Program-made: the position numbers and the translations under genes
Shown here: piece by piece, positions 36,901 through 46,551 of the stretch
Numbering within the stretch: position 1 is the first letter of the stretch
How the letters are laid out: each line of letters opens with the position of its first letter
The notes under the pieces: model-generated
The model's database searches: none
The model's input: only the letters and a program-made list of their open reading frames with translations
What the model was told of the DNA's origin: nothing
IMG/VR virus record: IMGVR_UViG_3300028591_000127
Span: 1 to 64,000 of that record
Length of the DNA stretch: 64,000 nt
Direction: 5' to 3' (one strand)
DNA from: a virus
Taxonomy: Duplodnaviria; Caudoviricetes

Positions 36901-39320
36901 TCTCCAGCAATACTATCAGGGAGAGTAAAACCAAGGCTTAGAATTTTTGTGACTTTATATTGATTATCAGTCATAGTAAGACCGTTGTTAGCCACTGTTT
37001 CCCAATCTGTAACGTCAGGATCTCCTCCCTCTGTTGTCCTAGCTACTGTAAATTTATATTTATTAGACTGAAAATAAGGATTAATGACCTTTATCGTGAA
37101 ATATTTTTCAGTATCAATACCATTATTTGATATTGTGGGATTTCCAGTACCACCGTATTTAAACAAAATTCTAGGATCCTGGGCAGTTATTCTATAGTTA
37201 TTATAGTTATCTACATTACTACCTTCAACAAAGATTATTTTCTCCAAACTATCAAGAGCATTGTCCATCTCTTCGTTACTACCACTAAAGCCAGTAAAAA
37301 CATTAGAAGGGTCAATTTCCTCTGCAACATCATTATAGAGAATAATAGGGTTAGTAGATTCTACAACACGTCTATAAATCAGATAGAAAGATAAGATATG
37401 GTCATTCAGATTAATTTTTACTAATCTCTTATAGGAACTACCATTTTCATCAATTGGTCCCCACTTCTCAGTAATCTCATTTGGTATCTCACTATCAACC
37501 TCTGTTATTGATCTAGCTTCAATAGTAAAATCATATTTATAGACATTGTTACTATCTAGCCACAAATTAGATGTAGTCTTACTAACTAATTCTCTTCTTT
37601 TTGTTACTTTACTAGATTCAATGAAGTATTTAGTATTAGGATTAGCTTTAATAGTGTTTGCCTCAGCTACAGAGATTTTCTTTAAACCAGTACTATCATT
37701 GACAAGCCACTTAGTATTTTTTATACCATCAACAGCACTCTCACAAGGAATATCTGAGGGAGTTATATAGGTCTTGTTGAGATCAGCTACTTTTTCCTGA
37801 GATAAGTTATAACCCTTGAATCCTTTATCCAGCACCCAATCAGCAGTGGAGGCGGGACTGTCAAATTTCACATAGCTCTTTGATGGGCTGGGTGTGACAT
37901 CTTTAGTCTTCTTATATTCCACAAAGGTTACGTCTTGTGCATGGTCCGTATTGGTATATGTAGATTTCTCATACCAACCTTCTTTAAGTGGATTTTTTCC
38001 AGCGGTGTCAACAATTGCAACAACAGAGTCTACTACTTTCTTTTCAAGAGCAACCATCTTTTTTGGAACTTCTTCAAAATAGTCATAACTTGGTGATTTA
38101 GTAATAATCAAACTGAAATATTTATCAAATTCATCGGTTGAGTAGTCTGTTGTTATGACATTCTTTGTATTATCTGATACAGAAGTTTCATTAAGGGACT
38201 TAAGAGTGTATTTCGTTCCACTTACAAAAGGTTTATTTTTATCTGAAACAGATGTAGTAAATTTTTTATTATCACTATAAATAGTTACTGTTACGTAGTT
38301 ATTCTGTGGATCGGAACTATCTAGAACTATAGTTGGATATATATCATCAACATTATTAGTTCCAATTCCAGAGAAAGTATATGTTCCCTTAGTAATAACA
38401 GGTTTAATAAAAGTTATTCTATTTGTGTTGAGAGAAGATGGATTACCTTCATAGTCCGTATAGCTTAAGACTCCCTCTAAATCACATCGCCCAATACCAC
38501 CTGTTACGTCAAGAGTTCCAGCCGTTTTATTTATTGTCCAGAGAGCCGCGCCAGTAGATGAAGTCTTATACTTTATACCAGTACCTTTCTCTATTAGGTT
38601 CTCTTTTAAGACTGTTATAGTAGCTCCTGTTTTTCTACAAATATCGTAAGTAATAGTACAGTTGATGGGGACACTATCATTACCTTGATATAAATAATAG
38701 TAAGTTATTCCTGTATCTCGGTTCGTTAGTCCTGGAAGATCATTGGCGAAGATTTCAACAGACTTATAGACTTTTATTATTCTACTATCATGAATAGCTT
38801 CACCTTGAGTATTAATATAAGGCGAAGTAAGTCCCACATCACTATTGAATTGGCCTTGGATATACTCTTCAAAAGAGTTTTTATCGACATATTCCTCATC
38901 AATAGACTCATCATCACCTACTAAATAAGCATTTACAGAAGGAGTATTTGTTGGACTCTCAAGATATTCAGTAGTTTGGAATGGGTAATCTTCAGTTTCA
39001 ATATTAGCTACTGTTTCTGAAGGAAAGACTATTCTAATATGATTTTGTCCCCCATCCACCCATTCATCTTGATCTATATTCTGAACTACGATACCAAGAA
39101 TTGGGTCTCCCAACAAGTCGCTCATATAATATAAGCAAACGTCACCGAGAGTTTCTCCCTCTATACAAACATCAAGGGTCTTATCCTGTTCCTTCCAAAC
39201 AGCATTTAAATCCTTTATTTCTCCTTCTTCGCCGATGGAATAGTTACAAAACTTAATAACTTCACCAAAGACTGTTGCATTGTCGTAAAACTCTCTTAAA
39301 AATTTAGCAATCATAAACAA
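33921..39320 (-). CDS. Large virion structural protein (1799 aa)
   Basis: ORF track; tail-module context. Confidence 0.65.
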   Translation of the reverse strand: MFMIAKFLREFYDNATVFGEVIKFCNYSIGEEGEIKDLNAVWKEQDKTLDVCIEGETLGDVCLYYMSDLLGDPILGIVVQNIDQDEWVDGGQNHIRIVFPSETVANIETEDYPFQTTEYLESPTNTPSVNAYLVGDDESIDEEYVDKNSFEEYIQGQFNSDVGLTSPYINTQGEAIHDSRIIKVYKSVEIFANDLPGLTNRDTGITYYYLYQGNDSVPINCTITYDICRKTGATITVLKENLIEKGTGIKYKTSSTGAALWTINKTAGTLDVTGGIGRCDLEGVLSYTDYEGNPSSLNTNRITFIKPVITKGTYTFSGIGTNNVDDIYPTIVLDSSDPQNNYVTVTIYSDNKKFTTSVSDKNKPFVSGTKYTLKSLNETSVSDNTKNVITTDYSTDEFDKYFSLIITKSPSYDYFEEVPKKMVALEKKVVDSVVAIVDTAGKNPLKEGWYEKSTYTNTDHAQDVTFVEYKKTKDVTPSPSKSYVKFDSPASTADWVLDKGFKGYNLSQEKVADLNKTYITPSDIPCESAVDGIKNTKWLVNDSTGLKKISVAEANTIKANPNTKYFIESSKVTKRRELVSKTTSNLWLDSNNVYKYDFTIEARSITEVDSEIPNEITEKWGPIDENGSSYKRLVKINLNDHILSFYLIYRRVVESTNPIILYNDVAEEIDPSNVFTGFSGSNEEMDNALDSLEKIIFVEGSNVDNYNNYRITAQDPRILFKYGGTGNPTISNNGIDTEKYFTIKVINPYFQSNKYKFTVARTTEGGDPDVTDWETVANNGLTMTDNQYKVTKILSLGFTLPDSIAGDYYADVPIELTGEDSVRRLVSIQHTLGDSSIGSGEAAVVSCNPKDGTLGNFVNGVAVPSFAIPIDTIGEITNLNIGFMPLCFAKVGINTSTGQDSVAGFPTIEIEYSSDTIKNNLLVTAQRKSFEFYQTQGLVSLTGLLVTIKRRISAEPAWWPEKLGDVYIKIKLTVSAPEDQEKGWVRVTERDFDTLTINLAGKKTINPLNVFIEDELVENDEGKVIQTYRKVNGLEYLTRNDENNYTSKRIFITSDDRETPYWLPGNNNDPNLKIIGSNKILPDPILSPNGYYYSEEFTLSDGILISADKKVRRKDEYFTYQFDFFRGFTDSRDTENDDWRTWLFRDKMQSLLLSVEPENNTISDIKVYKENDSEEPIDYIDVSHIGLYGFLVDSSNSEETYQIVLKDKRGLFSLYDNTKPDELDTTNKNERFYCHKINGEPVIISLLYAPGDIVEKNDTAEDLENTGAELIIRSLSGSGTSKTLPIRLKKLDVNNNIAIVNNNKIASYIDDNSVLLNGDVIDIYSGIDTKYTTNDSTITNNSIDVSFEGRRKDNGYNNSSLTLNGFSTKFPLSPLSLSVRDGLGNSKQMNIYRQLSTKGKELKLPAKFGYANNNNAPSSFLYALKPWPVTSSGATDTSTWNNNECYYRRSKTNGQGAYDVYYDLYFSGTHKNAGCQVVYLFQQYGLIPISVIDWEGVEDLFSSDIPLKADNTPYNFEEIIDISKIKIVNNIPGYPLRAIRNPDSAHTQVGRILIYEGDEPEGQDLIVDTIPTGYVVDNSKGGFLVGSVIVDFKLKKDYYFRETWGKSLKQVKDSNIVSRVCFNIFRPAKTYVGYIALKQKNSVNSSTTAGASSNENSDWTKWNNLGGNTWKGGFNSGKSVYSLIQDGTTPLNMTTVRSELGADPAAVGYSYVYSGDVLEEVNQILSTEESAVYQDEEPDVNTTPKNVFAESAAGIMSRVTGGGSSGASYAATAGTAGYVSASGNNRYTSPSPNITALIN

Positions 39321-40951
39321 TTAATGATGTTGTTCTCCTTATAAAACACTAGGCCTCCAACAGCGCCGATAATATTAAAGTTACCTTCTGGAAGATTACT
39401 AGACTTTCTCAAGTTATTTAAGAAAGAGTTCGTCACATATTTTCCATTTTGGTAAGAATAGTCAGGAATTTCAGATACTCCCCTCAACCCTTTCTTGATT
39501 ACAGTGGGAGAACCGAATTTTCCAGCTCTATTTAGATAATAGACTTTTTCTGTCTTAGGATCCTTAAGAATGGCTGTCTTATCATTTACAAAGATAACAT
39601 TGTTCAGTTCTTCAGGTAATATCCATAGACATCTTGAGGAATTAAGGACCATTAAGTATTCGGGATTAAGAATTTTTGATTTGTCCATATCTCTTGATAA
39701 TACAAACCAGCTTCCGTACTTCTTAATTACCTTTAATCCTCTTCCATCTCTCAGGTCAGTTAGTGTATTGCTTATTCCAGGTATTTTCTGAATCATTTCT
39801 GCCCTATCAAAGAATACTGACTCTGATCCAAGATCTACTATTTTGTTCTTTGGTTTTCCAGGGTCTAGCAAGTAATTATGCCCCTCACCCTCTTTACAGA
39901 CTATGGAGTTCTTATCTAGATTGACTATCCAATTATCAGTTCCATCATTCACCCTAACATACTTACCACAAAACTCAATGATCTCTAGATTTCCACCAAA
40001 GAGTTCAGGCAGTGTTTGATATTCTCTGTCATAGTAGTAGGCGTGTTTCCAATAATCTTTTTTGGTTAGTGATGCAATATAGTAAGCTCCGGTATTATTC
40101 CAAGAGTATATTACTAAGTCTCCCTTATAATACCCTACTTGATATCTAGCCACATTACCAAATCCATGAAGATTGTCTGATATTGAGTTTTCTCTTTCTA
40201 ATCTTACCTCTTCAATAGTTCCAGTAGAGTTATTAACTAGGATTGAAGTATTATCAAAATAGAAGATCTTATCACTTCCACCAGAGAAAATATCAGTCAC
40301 ATTATCCGTACACCTTGACTGAATAGAAACTTGTCCCTTAGCTCCTCTAATATCTTTTACTTTTAGGAATCCAACGTTTGACCAGTCTCTATTTACTAAT
40401 TTAATCTCTTTAACATTTTCATTAAAGGGATTGTTATTAGGGTTATTAGCAACTGAATTAACCGTACTGAAAGTTAAAGTCAGATTATTGAGCTTATATG
40501 ATTTGAAGTATTGGGCACTTTCATCAACTCTTTTTCCCATTGGTCCGTCAAGGATAGTATAGGCTAAGATTCTGTTATCCTCTAAGAATATTAAAGTATC
40601 TATGCCATCGTCCTTAATTACCTCGTGCATTAGGTCGAAGTTAAGTAAGAAGTTAAGGTTACTAAGGTCAGGATCCTCACTATCTATATCAGTCGTACAA
40701 TCAACCTCCCTATAAATCTTATTCTCCTGATAATCCTCAAGCAATAAGAGGTTACTTTTAATCTCGTCAATACTGCTAGGTATAGGGGTGCTTGAGAGGA
40801 GGTCTTCTATTTTAGTTCCCTCTATTGATACCTGACTTATGAAGAATTTACCCGGATGAAGCTTAAAAGATTCCCTAGAGTAGGCAATGACAGAGGTACA
40901 GGTACTTAAGTTTGCCAACCACAGAAGGGTTGTCTTATGAGCAATTTCCAT
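39311..40951 (-). CDS. Hypothetical protein (546 aa)
   Basis: ORF track. Confidence 0.65.
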   Translation of the reverse strand: MEIAHKTTLLWLANLSTCTSVIAYSRESFKLHPGKFFISQVSIEGTKIEDLLSSTPIPSSIDEIKSNLLLLEDYQENKIYREVDCTTDIDSEDPDLSNLNFLLNFDLMHEVIKDDGIDTLIFLEDNRILAYTILDGPMGKRVDESAQYFKSYKLNNLTLTFSTVNSVANNPNNNPFNENVKEIKLVNRDWSNVGFLKVKDIRGAKGQVSIQSRCTDNVTDIFSGGSDKIFYFDNTSILVNNSTGTIEEVRLERENSISDNLHGFGNVARYQVGYYKGDLVIYSWNNTGAYYIASLTKKDYWKHAYYYDREYQTLPELFGGNLEIIEFCGKYVRVNDGTDNWIVNLDKNSIVCKEGEGHNYLLDPGKPKNKIVDLGSESVFFDRAEMIQKIPGISNTLTDLRDGRGLKVIKKYGSWFVLSRDMDKSKILNPEYLMVLNSSRCLWILPEELNNVIFVNDKTAILKDPKTEKVYYLNRAGKFGSPTVIKKGLRGVSEIPDYSYQNGKYVTNSFLNNLRKSSNLPEGNFNIIGAVGGLVFYKENNIINCL

Positions 40952-41696
40952 ATGTTATATAACAAGATTTAATGAAACACTCTTTAATATCATCATTGGT
41001 TGGAGTGATTTTAAGGAGGTTATCCTGATAATCAAGTCTAATTCCATCAGTGATAGGAGTACTGAGTGTTTCTTTCACGATTGAGTATGTAGTTTCTGTT
41101 TCCCCGGTATAAGTAAATGCCTCAAACACAAAGTCTTGAATCATAGGATAGATTACAGCATTTGTCGTATATTGAATAACAAGGCTTACTCTACAGGTGA
41201 CATTTATACCTGCATAATACTCAGCAATTTTATTGAGGTTTAAAGTCCTAGTATATTGTCCAGGCCTTATGAGGTTGAAAGTTACAGTTCCATTGAGAAT
41301 ATCAATACTCATGGTCTCTGAATTGTACAAAGATGTTTCACTAGTCTTCATTCTGTCAAGCTCTTCACTATAATATGACTTAATTATATCCAATAGATTA
41401 TTTGTTACGGAAGAATCATCATTACTGCTAACTAGAACATAACTGTCCATAAAGGTAGGATCCTTCATATACAAAAGACCCGTACCTCTATCGACATATT
41501 TATTCATAGTTACGTGATTACTTCTTTCACTAGTCATAGCCTTAACCTCACTAATTCTAGCAGCTCTTTGGAAAGAACCTTGATTGTCTACTACACTAGC
41601 AAAACCATCAGGCCTGTCCTTATGAAAGATTAGACCGTCAGCAGTAAAGATTTTATTGCTTTTGTCTGAATCCGTTACTATTTTAAGTTTCTGCAT
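40935..41696 (-). CDS. Hypothetical protein (253 aa)
   Basis: ORF track. Confidence 0.65.
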   Translation of the reverse strand: MQKLKIVTDSDKSNKIFTADGLIFHKDRPDGFASVVDNQGSFQRAARISEVKAMTSERSNHVTMNKYVDRGTGLLYMKDPTFMDSYVLVSSNDDSSVTNNLLDIIKSYYSEELDRMKTSETSLYNSETMSIDILNGTVTFNLIRPGQYTRTLNLNKIAEYYAGINVTCRVSLVIQYTTNAVIYPMIQDFVFEAFTYTGETETTYSIVKETLSTPITDGIRLDYQDNLLKITPTNDDIKECFIKSCYITYGNCS

Positions 41697-41700
41697 ACCA

Positions 41701-44700
41701 TCAAACGTAATAAATATGATTAACCTCCTCTATCTCTACTTTTTCACCCTCCAAACCATAAGAAGGATTTTTAGTATATCCACTGAGGAAAATCTTAAGA
41801 ACTCCTTGCTCTCCAGTATTTCCAGTAGTAGGACAAGGAACACATTTTAAGAAATCAAGTCTTATTCCATACAAATCACCGAACGTATAAGGTTCATAAT
41901 GAGTGAAAGGAGTTACTGTCCAAGTCTTATCAATTTTAGGATAGAAGAAAATTCTACTATTCCAACCTGTCCCTTCGACATATCTAAATCTCTTGGAAAC
42001 TACTGTCGTGGTGTCTCCCGTTGGCTCATCTGGTTCATCCGGCTCGTCTGGATCGTCTGGATCATCATCCCCTGAAGTATTAGTGGCTTCAAGCCCAACA
42101 CACCATTTCCATCTCATTCTATTATAAAACAGAGATGCAATGGAATATCCAATACAGATCTTTGGGATAATATCGATAGTAGGAATCCAGTTCTCTAGAT
42201 CAGAAGGCTCCCAGAAATATTCTTCATCTCTTAGATTCTTATAGGTAAACTCGATCTGTTGAATTTCGTAGTACCATTTGAATCTTGGAGTGCCTACATT
42301 GTCAGAGTTGTTATGGTTAACATTAGTACCTCTATAGATATCAAGCATATCAGCTCTAGAGTCATTTGTGGCTGTTAAGACATGATCACTATATTTTTCA
42401 TACAATCCTTGATCATTTGGACTAAGTACATAGAGGCTATTGACTGGTTTACCAACATAGTATTTTTTCTTTTCATCAATGCTAGTATCAGCAGGTCTCT
42501 CGTAGTTATGACTGCTAGAGTTATAAACGTACCAATAAGTTCTTTTAACTGTGGCATAACCTGTTTTACCTGGGCCGTAGTCATTTTCGTCCAGACTTAG
42601 ATATGTAGAGCTAGTTCCAGTTGCAGAAGGATTTCTTTCAAAACTTACAATCTTTATCTTGATAAATTGATCTCCATCCTCACAAACATAATAATCCTTA
42701 TCTTCCTGAACAGTAGTATCATTGGAAAGAGAGTATTGTTTAATATACATCTCTCCAAGATCCCCATCAGTATATTCATCTCCTGGTTGGTAGTTTGATA
42801 AATCTAATAGAGTATAGTTATCTCCTTCCTTTTCATAGTAGGAGTACTTATCACTAATCAAGTAATTGTCCTGATCATCGACGGGGTTATCTACGCCCTC
42901 AGAACTAACTTGAATATAACCACTTACCTCAAACCAACCTTCAGTAGAGGGGGAATGTTCTCTCAGCTTACTATCATCTAGAATATGATACTTGTTGCTA
43001 AAGTATTCAATTCCTCTATATGGTCTTCTCTCAGCTGCATTCTTATAATTATAGATGGCATTAGCAATACCCTTATAGAGCTGACCAACCTTATGACAGA
43101 GTCCATACTTCTTTGGGCTAATATACTCATCAACCAATAAGACAGGGGTGCAGATCTTACCTTCTGGATTTAATGATGTAGGAATAGTTTCTCCAATATA
43201 ATAATTTGTATTGGGATTAAACAATACATCATAGGATCTTACGTAAGGAGTTAATACATCATTAGTTGGATTCTTAACAAAATAGCCTTCTTCAATTGGA
43301 GACACAAGAGTATTAGAAATATAAAGAGGTGTAGTATCTGCTTTTGTTTTTGCATATGTCTTAAACCCATCTCTAATATTACCAATAATTGTATCAGCAG
43401 TCTTTACGACAACTTTCTCAAATAGATTGGCTAGAGGATATGTTACCAATGACCAAGTGTTTAATCTCTTATAGTAAGTTCTTCCACCTACCGCTGTTTC
43501 ATCTGTTGTCTTAATCCAGTTATAGGTTCCAACACCATCACCAGGCACTCTTTCGAACAACTCATCGTTAGCAGGGGCTGTTGTGGTAGTGGCTTCATAG
43601 AGGTTAGAACCATCAGTAGCGCCTTCAACAAGTATATAACGATCTAAACCATCCTCACACTTAACCAGAGCATAGTAGTCTTTACCATCTGCTCTTACTG
43701 TATCGGCTGTCTTCACAAATTTAGTTTCGTACCACTCATCTTCACTAGGAGACTTAAGAAGACTATCTTTGCTTGAAGTTATATAAGAGGTTTGAGCATC
43801 TGTTTGAACTTTATAGTAAGTTTCGCTGTCATCCCAAGTAGTCTCAGTAGCTCTCTCCATCTTATAATTACCAAGGGCTGAATCGAAACCTGTCTTCTTG
43901 AAAAGACCGTGTTTATAGGGATTCAAAACAAGAGGATTACTTACCTTCTCATACCAATTCTGTGATACAGGACTATAGCTACTTCTTTTCCTATAATATG
44001 TTTTCCAGAGTCTTTTAATAATATCAAGAGACTTTTTGTATCTTCCGTCAACTAACTCATAGCAGTTATGCAGCAGTGGACTATCAATAAAGTCAGAGTA
44101 TTCGATATATTCCGGAACCTCCTCAAAGGCAGTACCCCTAACAGCTCCTGGACTAGGAGGGGTAGTTCTAATGATTCTATAGTATGTCTTAGTCAGTTGA
44201 TAAATAATATCATCTGTTGGAACATAGGTAGGCTCCTCATAGGTGCTTTTATCAACTGTAGAGAAAGATACACATTCTTCAATGCCATCGAAATCTCCAG
44301 TATTAGTGATGACTTTGAAAATCTTATTCTTCCAAGATCCAGGTTTAGCAAAGGATGATTGAACTTTAGGATTAACTACTTCATCATGCCTAATACCATA
44401 AATAATTCTCCTAACGTCGGTAAGTTTATCAAGATCAATTCTAGTTAGTTTAACTCCTTTCTTGTTTCCACTATCATCGTCATCACCTCCACCACCACCT
44501 TCATCAGTAGTAGTTACCTCTTCTTCATATCCTCCAACATATCCCTTATTGTTTTCCGAATAGACAACAACATCATTCTCGTTAAACTTTTTATCAAGTT
44601 GGCCTAAATCAACAATATAGGTTCTTGTATCAGTATTACCGTTCTTATCTCTCATCAGTACTTTAATCTCGACTTCTGTTCCATCAAGATTTATACTTTT

Positions 44701-46551
44701 GAAATCATAAGTTTTGTTTACGTCAATATCGCCAGTTGGGTATAAGAAGGATCTATCAATAATTTCTCCACTATTATCCTTTGAATATATTCTTTCAGTG
44801 TCTTCGGGAAGATAATTATTTACGTCTCTAGTTAGGATCTCTTTAACATAGTCCCCACAATATTTAGGAGGATTGTCTGTGCTAATTAGTCTATAATAGA
44901 CTACACCTGGCTCCATTTCATCATTACTGGCCAATTCATCTCCATAATCCTCATCAAAGGCAGGGACATAACCAAAGCCGTCAGGATCTGCTAAGAATAT
45001 TTCAGACTTCTTAATTCCTTCAATAGTTTCAATAGTGAAGAAATTAGTATTATAGTAGAAGAGTTTATATTCCTCAGACTGATCAACCAAACTATCAATA
45101 TCTATCTCACTCTTTACAGTCAGTTCTTTCGTTAATGTGTGAATAAAACTAATCTTACCTGCAAAATGATTATAGGTGTTATCTGAAAAATTACGTCTTG
45201 GTACTATAACTTGTTGAGTAACACTATAGTATGTTACCCCTGCCACAGGAGATTGATCAGTGGCGGGTTTATAAATTCCATCAAGAGAGTCAAAGTAATA
45301 GAGACCTAACTCAGCTGGATTGCTGTAAGCATTAGTACTATATTCTGTAAACTCGTTATAGAATAATGTAAAAGTAACCTTACCAGCATACAAATTGTTA
45401 GTTTTTGTAATACCACTTAGCTCAACTTTTAAGAAACAGCCATTAGGATAACCTTTAACCGGCTTTTTTATACAGTAGATGACGGGCTCTGTATAATATT
45501 CGTTTACTGTTGGGTCGAGATTAGCATCGGCCAAATTAACAGTTAGATTGTGATATGTCTTAGTGTCCGCATAAATCCAGTCGCCATCAAAGTATTCATC
45601 AAACTCCTCATAGATTCCCAGAGTTATAGGACAGAAAGATTCTCCCGGTTTAAAGTAGATATCATCCTCCTCTTCTCCAATAGTAAAAGAATATTTCTGA
45701 AGTTGAGTATCAGTATTCTCTCCGATTGGTAGTCTTTTAATTCTATAATTGTTTCTAATAAGTTCAGCTTCTGCATTGAGTCTTTGAAGCTCTTTCTTAT
45801 AAAACTCTTTAACTGAATCTAGCTCTTGAAGGATTGAACTACTTGCTGAATGTGAAGTCCTCCATTCACTAGCTTCGGTAGATTCAAAGACTGTCCCACT
45901 AGTACTCTCTACATAACGATACATAGTGGTTCCATAAGTAGGATCGACTAATTCTTGAACTCTGACATACTTCTTATCGGTGTCAGCTATATAAGTAAAT
46001 TGTCTAAGAATTACTTCTCCAAGCTCTTGAACCCAATCAGAATTATTTTCATTCTTAGTGATAAAGAAATTTGCTACAACATCTCTATCTACTCTAAAAA
46101 TGGCATTATTTAAGTCGGAGGTTTCAAGGACAGTATCGAGAGGGGTTAGTGTAGTTGAGACGATTTTGTCTTCTTGTTCAGACTCATCACCATTAAAGAA
46201 CTCACTAAGAATAATTTCTCTATCCTTTGTTATCTTATTGCTAATTAGTCCTTTGCTATTAAATCCACTCATATAAAGCTGAAGGATTCTACTCAAAGTT
46301 AGAAGTGATACCTCTTTATCTTCATCTTTATTAGGATCAAAATTCAGATATTCTTCTATTGAGGCAACATTATTACCAAGATATAGCTTGTAATAAAGAC
46401 TATTAGCCGGGAGTGAAGGATCTTTACCTGTTACGGTGGCTAAGACGTTGTATATTTCACCACCTTTCACAACAAAATCACCCTTCTCAAAAGTAGTATC
46501 TGGAGCATAGGCAAAAATACCCTTTATACTCTTTTCACTATTAATTATCAT
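41701..46551 (-). CDS. Large repeat-containing virion protein (1616 aa)
   Basis: About ten copies of a Y-x-x-(T/A/S)-x-D-x6-K/T-x-YY motif; DDPDDPDEPDEPDEP linker. Confidence 0.65.
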   Translation of the reverse strand: MIINSEKSIKGIFAYAPDTTFEKGDFVVKGGEIYNVLATVTGKDPSLPANSLYYKLYLGNNVASIEEYLNFDPNKDEDKEVSLLTLSRILQLYMSGFNSKGLISNKITKDREIILSEFFNGDESEQEDKIVSTTLTPLDTVLETSDLNNAIFRVDRDVVANFFITKNENNSDWVQELGEVILRQFTYIADTDKKYVRVQELVDPTYGTTMYRYVESTSGTVFESTEASEWRTSHSASSSILQELDSVKEFYKKELQRLNAEAELIRNNYRIKRLPIGENTDTQLQKYSFTIGEEEDDIYFKPGESFCPITLGIYEEFDEYFDGDWIYADTKTYHNLTVNLADANLDPTVNEYYTEPVIYCIKKPVKGYPNGCFLKVELSGITKTNNLYAGKVTFTLFYNEFTEYSTNAYSNPAELGLYYFDSLDGIYKPATDQSPVAGVTYYSVTQQVIVPRRNFSDNTYNHFAGKISFIHTLTKELTVKSEIDIDSLVDQSEEYKLFYYNTNFFTIETIEGIKKSEIFLADPDGFGYVPAFDEDYGDELASNDEMEPGVVYYRLISTDNPPKYCGDYVKEILTRDVNNYLPEDTERIYSKDNSGEIIDRSFLYPTGDIDVNKTYDFKSINLDGTEVEIKVLMRDKNGNTDTRTYIVDLGQLDKKFNENDVVVYSENNKGYVGGYEEEVTTTDEGGGGGDDDDSGNKKGVKLTRIDLDKLTDVRRIIYGIRHDEVVNPKVQSSFAKPGSWKNKIFKVITNTGDFDGIEECVSFSTVDKSTYEEPTYVPTDDIIYQLTKTYYRIIRTTPPSPGAVRGTAFEEVPEYIEYSDFIDSPLLHNCYELVDGRYKKSLDIIKRLWKTYYRKRSSYSPVSQNWYEKVSNPLVLNPYKHGLFKKTGFDSALGNYKMERATETTWDDSETYYKVQTDAQTSYITSSKDSLLKSPSEDEWYETKFVKTADTVRADGKDYYALVKCEDGLDRYILVEGATDGSNLYEATTTTAPANDELFERVPGDGVGTYNWIKTTDETAVGGRTYYKRLNTWSLVTYPLANLFEKVVVKTADTIIGNIRDGFKTYAKTKADTTPLYISNTLVSPIEEGYFVKNPTNDVLTPYVRSYDVLFNPNTNYYIGETIPTSLNPEGKICTPVLLVDEYISPKKYGLCHKVGQLYKGIANAIYNYKNAAERRPYRGIEYFSNKYHILDDSKLREHSPSTEGWFEVSGYIQVSSEGVDNPVDDQDNYLISDKYSYYEKEGDNYTLLDLSNYQPGDEYTDGDLGEMYIKQYSLSNDTTVQEDKDYYVCEDGDQFIKIKIVSFERNPSATGTSSTYLSLDENDYGPGKTGYATVKRTYWYVYNSSSHNYERPADTSIDEKKKYYVGKPVNSLYVLSPNDQGLYEKYSDHVLTATNDSRADMLDIYRGTNVNHNNSDNVGTPRFKWYYEIQQIEFTYKNLRDEEYFWEPSDLENWIPTIDIIPKICIGYSIASLFYNRMRWKWCVGLEATNTSGDDDPDDPDEPDEPDEPTGDTTTVVSKRFRYVEGTGWNSRIFFYPKIDKTWTVTPFTHYEPYTFGDLYGIRLDFLKCVPCPTTGNTGEQGVLKIFLSGYTKNPSYGLEGEKVEIEEVNHIYYV

